Shown here: piece after piece, positions 50,040-64,000 of the stretch
Position numbering within the stretch: the stretch's first letter is position 1
Layout of the letters: the number at the start of each line of letters is the position of its first letter
NCBI RefSeq assembly: GCF_000150275.1
Contig: NW_002060945.1
Coordinates: forward strand, 9,502,011 to 9,566,010
DNA length: 64,000 bases
Reading direction: 5' to 3'
Origin: Trichoplax adhaerens
Lineage: Eukaryota; Animalia; Placozoa
Notes under the pieces: model-generated
What the model saw: the letters and a program-made list of their open reading frames with translations, nothing else
Databases searched by the model: none
What the model was told of the DNA's origin: nothing
Program-made: the position numbers and the translations under genes

Positions 50040-50398
50040 TACAGTGTACAGTACGGTATTTTACGGTCTTCAAGCCACTGCTGTACACTGTACACTGTAG
50101 TGTTCTTACACAGGCACGGTTCGGTTCGGAGCAGAACTGGACCTGGACCGCAGTAAGATTGTCTTCGTCGATAGTGGAGAAAAAATTCTCCAAATTTAGA
50201 CTACAGTAAATCAAATTGCAAAATTTGTCTTCATTTTACATTTTGTACGTGTTGTAGGCAAGGGACGAATATAACACGATCATTTAGCAATCCTCTCTTT
50301 TAGTAGTCGCGGATTCCACAGTACTATTGACGGACAATGCTTCTACCGTGCTGTACTGTACAGTACACTACAGTACAGCAAAAGAAGTTTCTTGGAAA

Positions 50399-50645
50399 AC
50401 GTTGCAAGAATGTGCAAATATACGTACAGTATAGAATATCATGTTCTACGTGAGTGCTTGGTGATCGATTCTTTCACTACACTACTAGTAGTAGACAGTT
50501 GTGTACACTCAGTCCTGTATAGTACAATAAACTGAAACAAGTCCCTTGCAATATTGTACTGTACACGTTGCAAGAATGTGCAATATTGTACAGTAGCCAC
50601 CTAGACGGTCATGTTCCACGTGAGTGCTTGGCTATCGACTCTTTC
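50399..50645. repeat. Short direct duplication (about 80 bp; 50399-50475 and 50565-50645)
   Basis: acgttgcaagaatgtgcaa...tcatgttc(t/c)acgtgagtgcttgg..atcga.tctttc occurs in both copies. Confidence 0.85.
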
Positions 50646-51210
50646 GTTTTGTAATAATCACCTTTGTTGATCCTTGTGCAAGATGGAGTCGTTGTGTAGA
50701 CTTCAACTCCCTTGAAAAGCGCCAACTTTTCTATCTACTGAATGGCTCTCCCGATATATACTGTAGAGATGTCATCTAGGTGAAAAGTAGTCCTAAAAGG
50801 AAAGGCTAAAACGGCAATTGCAACTAAAATGGCTTTAGTATTGTGCTTCGGAGGAGGTACACCACTCTACAATACTGTACAACGAAACTGCATTTTGAAC
50901 CGTTATGACCTACAGTACTGTACTGTACAGTACGAAACAGCGTCACTACAGTCCTTGTCTGGACCGTTTATACTGTACTGTTACAGCTCGTACAGTACTG
51001 TACACTGTACACTATACAGTGTACGAGTGGGTATAGTAAACGAGGCAAAAGAAAAATCACCTGGTGATTAGAGTACTCTGTACTCTACAGTGTACAGTAC
51101 ATACTGTATGCAAGTTACTTCAGCCTACTTGAAAATCACTATTCTGTCTACAAACTCTCACAACGATTGCAAGATATCGACAGTCCCCTGCAAAAAAATA
51201 GCAATTCATC

Positions 51211-53410
51211 ATGTCTGAGGTTAATCAAAAGGTAAAGTATTGCCTTCATCTGGATTGTTTTCAATATTTTATCCTCACTCTGTATTGCTGGTCTTGTTAA
51301 TAGGATGATGCAAAGGAAATCAAACCCGAAAGTGATCATATTAACATCAAAGTCGTCGGACAGGTATGACGATGACATGATACTGTACTATATGGACTAC
51401 GACGGTAGGACTTTTTGGCAGTAGACTACATGTGGATAAAATAGTGGATTACTCTCGGTTTGGGCTTGATTTCAATAGATAAACCCTATCATTATCAAAT
51501 TGCAATTACCCTGCTTTGATCGACATGGATCAATGTTGTATAATGCATTTTCCACAAGCTAGTACAATATAGTAATGTTTAGGTCATGGCTACCTTGTCC
51601 AAGTAGTACCTTTACACCTGCTATGTTTTGACAACGGCCATGGTATAGTGCTGCTTTTATACTAAGTCTGGCATGCGTCTTAAGGTATTCATTTCTGTTT
51701 ATAGGATAATACTGAAGTACATTTCAAAATCAAGCGTAATACACAATTAAAAAAGCTAAAAGCTGCGTATTGTGAACGCCAGGTAAGTTACTTGTTCTAG
51801 AATGACATTGCAATATATTATCATATCGTTCGTTGATCCCATAATTGCAGTCGATCAAGTAAAATTTGGACCATAAAGTTCGACAGTACAGTAGTGATGA
51901 AAATTTCATGTTCTACTACATATTAATGAAGAATCTTTTCTCCACCTTTCCATGACAGTAGTTTAGCCGTGTGCCATATACCTAGTAACATACTTCAATA
52001 ATCCAGAGTTATTTCGCAGGAGTCTCTGTCCGTTTTATTCAACACACTACCGTCATGCCTATACTGTATAATATACTCTGGACCGGTAATAGACTTGTAT
52101 ACAGTACTACAGTATTGTATTGCTTTCGCAGTGAACAATTAATGAATGACAAAATAACAATTTCCATCTTATCCATAAGGACTCTTGCACTCTACTCTAC
52201 CATACCAAAGTAGGCAAAATTGATGCCTAAACGGGCCGTACTGATCACTCATTCTGTGAACGAGTTGTAAATCAAGCTTTCAGTTGATTGTGCTCATGCA
52301 CATACAGTTGTTAATAGAATATCGAAAAATTATGCTTGCAATAGAAATCTACGTACGTTCGTATGCAGCCTGGAAATGATGTTGAAATACTTTCCATTGT
52401 ACAATTATTTAAATGTACTGTCCTGTACAATCGTCAACAATCAACTTTCGATCGGCTTATTAGTATTAAAAATATGGCTCAAGATTCTCGTTATTTCAGT
52501 AGTAACCAGTATACTGTAAATTCAGTATAGTTGTATCTAGTGTCGTGTAATCTTACATGTTAAAGATGCTCGGATAGGACAGTATGTGTATGAAATGAAG
52601 TTTTTGGTAGCAAACAACTACTTTTCTGTCTTTTAAAATTACATTGACTCTGTACTAACAAGTATTGTACAGTGCATGCCTACATGGTATACTACACAGT
52701 ACTACTATAGAATTAAAATCGTAAAATCTTTCATAGGACTCCTGGCTGTTATAGGTGCGACTGAAATAGCTTATTATTAATGACAATATATTTAAAATTT
52801 TGTATACACTACGAGTATGACGTCAATTCTGTCAACTTACTCTAACTTAATATTATTACCTATATTAATGATACGTTCTACAGCAGTTACACTACGAAAG
52901 CAGTAAGTGAAATGAGAGCTGTTAAATGCTGTAAGATTAAGTAATATTGGACTAGATGGGCGTATACTGTGGTACAGTTGAAAAATGAAAATTTCAGAAA
53001 ATTGTTTAGCAAGCTAGCACTAGCAAGAGGATATTGTTGCTTGACTGATTATAGCATTTATACAGTAGCACAGTGCACACATATTATCATTACTATGATT
53101 AGTGCTATTTTTGTTAACTAGAGGTCACATCGATGATTTTATTTACTTTTCTTGACTATGCAGGGTGTTCCCATTGGTTCTTTGCGATTCTTGTTTGATG
53201 GCCAACGTATTAATGATGATATGTCTCCCAAGCAGGTATGCAGTCTGTTTATCCTGTGCAGGTTTTGCATGATTAAGTAAAGTTTCTTTTACCTTTGCCT
53301 TTCTATCGGCCAATGGTCTGAATGACTTCTTAATCGAATCTATTGATTAGTTGGAAATGGAAGATGATGATGTGATCGAAGTTTACACTGAACAGTTAGG
53401 AGGATTTTAA
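51211..53410 (+). CDS. SUMO: Small ubiquitin-related modifier
   Basis: Exons 51211-51231, 51304-51363, 51705-51782, 53164-53235 and 53351-53410 give [96 protein letters not shown]. Confidence 0.95.
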
Positions 53411-53599
53411 TCCAAGGCCATATCGTAACGCAGTACGCCGGTGGCTAGTGTTAACGTAGGAGCGACTCGTTATGTTCACGGTAGTCACCAGTGTACCGAA
53501 CGAATACAACATAATCTGAAGACACAAGATTTCCGTTGTAGCTGTAAAGAATATGCTTAAATTTCTATTGATGAGTTGTTGCTGATCATCGGTTTCCCT

Positions 53600-53745
53600 A
53601 GTGGTATTAATTTTTGATTTTCAAAGTATAAAGCAAGCAACGACTCACTTAAGTTAATACTTGTTAATATATCTGTGTGGCGTTAATTTTTGATTTTCAA
53701 AACTATATAGCGAGTAGGTACTCACTATCTTAATACTTGTTAATA
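53600..53745. repeat. About 76 bp tandem duplication in the SUMO 3' region
   Basis: gtgg..ttaatttttgattttcaaa...actcact....ttaatacttgttaata occurs twice. Confidence 0.8.
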
Positions 53746-54851
53746 GACAGTACTTTATATGATCGAAATTAATGAAGGTTCAAACGGTACTAAGTAAAAT
53801 AAATTTTTCGCTAGTAAAGAGCAACATTGAAATGATTTTTGAAGCTTATAGTTAACGTGTGAACTGTACGCAAAGTATCTTTGGATAAAAATCTTTCTGA
53901 TGCACTATACAAATGCAATACTTTCTGATGGAACACTTTGCAAATTGCTGTCCATAACGTGGGATTGCTTAGTTCGATTCACTGGTATTTTGCAAAGATT
54001 TGATAGCCAATTCATATACTGTAGGTATAACGCTATATACGTCATATATATACACTATATGGTAGGTATATTCGATTGTATGTATGCACAAAGCGAAGGA
54101 AAATTTGAAAGTGTATGTTGCCGGATTATCAGGGACTTCCAGATATTTTAAAAGTTGTTGATACTAAATTAAGATTAAAATATTTCATTAGTCCCTTATA
54201 TTCCTATGCTTACTGTAGTGTTAATATCGAGGCGAATCAGGAGAAAGAATCAGTATTATGCACTTGATATAAGCGTAGAAACGTGGGATGTGCAGCTTTT
54301 ATGGTATTTCAATCCGTATAGACAGATACGCTACTCTTCTAAATACAGTGGGTAGATCCTGGATTATCATGCTCATCTTGCAATGGGATAACGTGTGAGC
54401 TAATCTTTAAATTCAATCTACTCTAATAATAATAGTAAAAAGTTAGTTAAGATAGTTTATTTTTAAAATACTTTTGAGCTCAATTTGAAGAAGTAGCAGG
54501 CCTATTGAAGTCGTAAATGTTGCTGAGGCTTACAGTAATGATGGTGTAAGCAGTAAGTAAATTATGCAGATTGACATGGATGGAATCACTGATCCTTCCT
54601 CTTCAGCTTTTACTTGATCCATCCATTCAGTACTGTACCAGGCACTTTAGTATCCTACCGCTAGTCTGCCACGAACACAGCGATGTAATATAGGAAATTG
54701 ATCGGAAAAAGTAGCATGATAGCAGGCAAGCACTATAAATTATAAAATCAAATCTGAATCCAGAATCGCAATCGCCATTCGGGGTTCAATGACACAGTTT
54801 GTATGGATAAATGACCGAAAACTTTCATCTCGAGAAGTTTCAACAGTTTCA

Positions 54852-54950
54852 ACAGTACTATACTGCGACCGGGCCGAGCAGCGTCTGGATGCGCATGCGT
54901 CTAGCACGATCACGTGAGCACCACTGAATACTGTACTTAGTACTGTATAC
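54852..54950. promoter_or_regulatory. Candidate KAT2 promoter: NRF1-like site, E-box and TACTG tracts
   Basis: TGCGCATGCGT at 54890-54900 and TCACGTGA at 54910-54917, flanked by cagtactatactg and tactgtacttagtactgta. The cluster is about 200 bp upstream of the ATG at 55125. Confidence 0.5.
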
Positions 54951-55124
54951 TCTAGTGTTTCCTGTTTAGCTCTGACTGGACAGTATGGATGCGGTCATCG
55001 AAACTGGAGTTGACTGACAGTACCACTGTGGCTGGGCTTAATACTGTAGCTGCAGTTGCTGTCACTTTCATTTGCGTACTGTATCCTATCGTGTGCGCCA
55101 GTTGTCGATTTCATATTGGTTTCC

Positions 55125-60226
<5,102 letters not shown>

Positions 60227-60526
60227 ATTTCTAGTACAGTATATATATATTCAATTCATATCAAATAATGTTATTATAAGATATGAAGACGAGAAATAAA
60301 ATTTTAAAATCATCTTTATTTCAAACCATTCTTAAATAAAAGTCAAAAAACTGTTATGTAAAATAAAGACATTGTCTTCTACGAGGTATCTGTACATTCT
60401 GACGAATATTGAGAGCTGGATATTTGGTGTAATAATACTTAGGAAAAAGTATGATGGGAATATTCATATCATAAGACTCTTCACAAATCTAACCATTCTA
60501 CGTCACGATACGAATAAACAGTTTTA

Positions 60527-63500
60527 TTAAAATACGTCTTGTTTAGCTAATTCTAATAACATAGGATCATCGAAGAATTTGTTGATGGAGACGTCTTCGC
60601 TAAGCCCCTATGAGTAGAATAAGTACGATTAAGCTTTCATAACAGTTGCAACTTTACGCATGATACGCGTATACGAAAAAACGTCAGGAAGTACCTTGCG
60701 TCGGCGAGTCTTAATCATAAAATCCCTAGCTAAGTGTGCTGCCGGTTGTGGCTCCAGAGGTCTAATAAGAATAGATCTGTCTAACGGATCACCAGGTACG
60801 ATCTAGTGCATTAAAACCATTATATTAGAAGAATTAATGACAAATTCTAACAACACCTAACTTACCTGCCAATGATGGAAAAAGGATAAACAAAAAGCTT
60901 GTCCTTGTGTGTGTGTTCGCAGATCGGTTTCAAAGCCAAATGAATCGACCGCAGGTATAAAAGCCTTGATAATGTAAAGAGGGGATCCAGGTACGGGTGC
61001 ATCTTGGGTGACATGACCTCTGTGCATCATGAATACAACATTAATCTGTCAATCGGGTATAATATTTTATAACGTATACGGGATATCAACTTGGTAAAGG
61101 ACGATTGCCCTTGATACAGTACCTTCTTTTGGCCAAAACCGTGTAAACCGCCGATACACAATCTGCTGGAGCCTGAACCTCTACAAAGAAATATGGTTCC
61201 ATTAGTCTTGGTGTAGCAAGTAGGAAAGAAGAGTAGGCAACACGGCGTGATGTCGGAATAATTTGTCCTCCGCCACGATGGATTGGCTCGTCAGAAATGA
61301 TAGCGTCCAAAATCTTGAACTTGCAGTTTCTGATAGCTATTGCACAAATCATATACTGTATTATGCATATTTCACAACGAACTTTTATAACAAATATCAA
61401 ACTTACGCTCATCACAAAGAGGGCCTTCTCTGGTTCCCCACTGAAATCCTTGGACTATGGAGTCTTTGACTGAATTTAGTAAGCTTTTGTCCACCTGTAA
61501 AAGATATTCAAAATGTTAATACTTCCAAAGCTAACTACACCATTTTAAGCTTAAATAATTGCAGTAGCATAAAATCTTCTATTAACTTTGTACAGGTAAG
61601 ATACGAGTACTCGTATATTTAAAAATAATCTACCTACCTCAGATGGAAGTGTGTCGTCTACTAAAACATTTGGGCCATTTACTTCAGGACCAAAAGCCCA
61701 AATTGATCTTGCAGCCAACAAATCCCAATCATATTTAGTTTGAAAAAATTCACCTAGCTGTTTCCTGAAATAAAATAGTAATAGATTTAGATCATATCAT
61801 TACATATCTATCCAGATTATTTCTAACCTGTTCCATCCAATTTGCACAACTCCAGCTTCAATATCTTCCGCAATACCTTTCTCCAGCGGTTCAGCAATCA
61901 TAGTTAATTTATTCCTAAAAAAATCGAAAAAGTAGACCTAACTTAGCAATTGTTACCGGTTAAGGCTCAATGAGAGGTTCTGTGCAACAGAAGCATGCAG
62001 AATTAGGTATAATTACTTTTTATTAGGGGTTTCGGCGAAACATTTCAACGATGAAGTCTCAACGACGGTTTCACAAAACGTAACAACAGGATCGGCAACC
62101 TTGATGTCTTCATAAAATGAGTATTGATAAATTATAAATATTTGACTTTTAATATTTCTATTAAATTCATCTTTACTAGGCACAGTTGTAATCATACCAA
62201 TTTCAGAATACATCTTTCTTAAATCATGCATAACGCAGTCCAAATATAATTCTCCAGTACCCAAAACGACATGCTCACCCGATTCTTCAACCTTGAAAAT
62301 AGTTAAAATAAGCTTATAGAAAAGCTGTTGTACAATTTAGATATACATAAATGGCTGCTTTTGCAGTAAGTCATATGTTTGTTATCGCAAGACAGAATTA
62401 TTTGATGAAATCCAATTTCCTATTGTAACGGTATACTACAACACACCTTGGTTACAAGTAAAGGATAGGTTTTATTCACTTTACGCAAACCGTTGACCAT
62501 TTTCGGTAATTCTGATGGGTTATGTGGCTCAACAGCAATTTTAACCGATGAAATCGTATTAAATTTCAAAGGCCTAAAGATATATGCCTATTATTTTGAT
62601 TAAGAAAGAAAGGAGTCATATTTTCTTGTCAATGTTAAAGTGACTCATGGACTACTTACTAAAGGAAGAAGTCTAATGATAATCTATACAATCCATATCA
62701 TAGTAGTTGCAAACCTCATCATTTCCAGAAACATTAGTAATTGTAGCCGTCTTAATAATAGATTCATCAATGCCCTCAATTAAGACCCAATTGCCAGCAG
62801 GAATTCGATTCACTTCAATTCGATATCTTTATAAATTATTAAAATGATGTCAATAATGGTAATTTAGAACCGTTTAGGCTAAATGTTCTCATCTACCTTG
62901 CCTCGGAGATCCATAATCTTCCAACCTAAATGTAAAAAAGTATTTGTAATCCTTTGTGTACACAATAAGTGCTTATAGTAATTCTAGAGATAATCACACT
63001 TTACAGCATGAGGAGCTAGATATATCAAACCTCTCCAATACGTGAATCTTCTTCATCTTCTAATGTATAATTTTCACCCATTATTTTAACTTGTTGTCTT
63101 GAATAAACTAATATCAACGAAGTAATACTTTAATAAAACAAAATATTATAGTAAATAATTTACAGTATCATACTTGTGCCACTCATCACACGTCCAAAAA
63201 CATGAAAACTTGTAGCATCCTGGGTAGGATATTGTTTTGTCACATAAACCATAAGGGGTCCCTAATGATATCCAGGAACAAATTATTAAATTTTGTATTC
63301 ATACCGAACCGTTAGCTTAGATGCAGATTAATAAAACAATACCTCAGAATCACAGCTTAGCATTGATTCACCAACTTCAGTTTTTATAGGACCGCTATAT
63401 ACATGCTTTATCTGTTACCATTACAAATGATAAATAAAAGTCGCCAATCAAAAGCTGATTATACGGACATTTACAACACAAAATAATAGTAACTATTGTA

Positions 63501-64000
63501 CAAGACTACAACAATAAATATTACTATGTAAATAAAATAGATGCTATCAACTGACCTTTCTTTCTGCACCTTGTGCCGGTGAAGGTACATGTTCTACGCA
63601 CATATCAACGAATCCTAAACAATGGATGTTACGTTCAGACGCAGTTAAGATATTAGGTTCTTTATTTCTCAACTATGCGAGATTATTAAATTAAACAATT
63701 TACCTGAATGATTTCCGAAGAACTTCCTACAAACTAGGCGTAATAAGGGTCTAATGTCTAACTGCATCTCTTCTCTTTTTAGTGAAATACCTGTTACCGT
63801 TTAAATTCGATATTGTAAATCCAGAGCGATTACAGGTATGCTAATCGATTGCTAGCACGACAGACAACACATTTCAAATTCTTAATAACTACTTTACCAA
63901 GTTCATTAAGTAGATTTGGTAATGTCGTATCCACATCGCCGACAATCTGACGGAAACATAATGTTATGTTTATTTCCACATTGCCATTAACTTATGAATT
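60527..64000 (-). CDS. EFTUD2: U5 snRNP 116 kDa GTPase (Snu114), 3' part; the gene continues beyond the window
   Basis: Motifs: [89 protein letters not shown] and [15 protein letters not shown]. It ends [14 protein letters not shown] at 60527. Confidence 0.96.

Overview
AT-rich eukaryotic genomic DNA with compact GT-AG introns. It is gene-dense and looks like a non-bilaterian animal; my best guess is a placozoan such as Trichoplax, which is an inference from composition and gene style only. I reconstructed 11 protein-coding genes by hand. In order: an L1CAM/neuroglian-family Ig-FN3 adhesion receptor (+), TOMM7 (-, not in the ORF track), ANKAR (+), OSGEPL1 (-), an F-box/LRR gene (+), a single-exon rhodopsin-class GPCR (-), LCMT2/TYW4 (+), WDR75/UTP17 (-), SUMO (+, not in the ORF track), KAT2/PCAF-GCN5 (+) and the 3' part of EFTUD2/Snu114 (-). 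Non-coding structure includes several degenerate tandem arrays, local duplications, a MITE-like inverted repeat, and palindromic TACTG/CAGTA tracts that cluster near the 5' ends of housekeeping genes. Four observations stand out. (1) ANKAR and OSGEPL1 lie tail-to-tail with WDR75 nearby, mirroring human 2q32, among other genes whose human homologues sit on Hox-bearing chromosomes. (2) The L1-family tail carries a variant ankyrin-binding motif (FIDQY) and the gene has micro-exons. (3) The promoter TACTG/CAGTA tracts include one apparently caught changing length inside a duplication. (4) RFX X-boxes lie upstream of ANKAR. I saw no CRISPR arrays, tRNA, rRNA or autonomous transposon ORFs.
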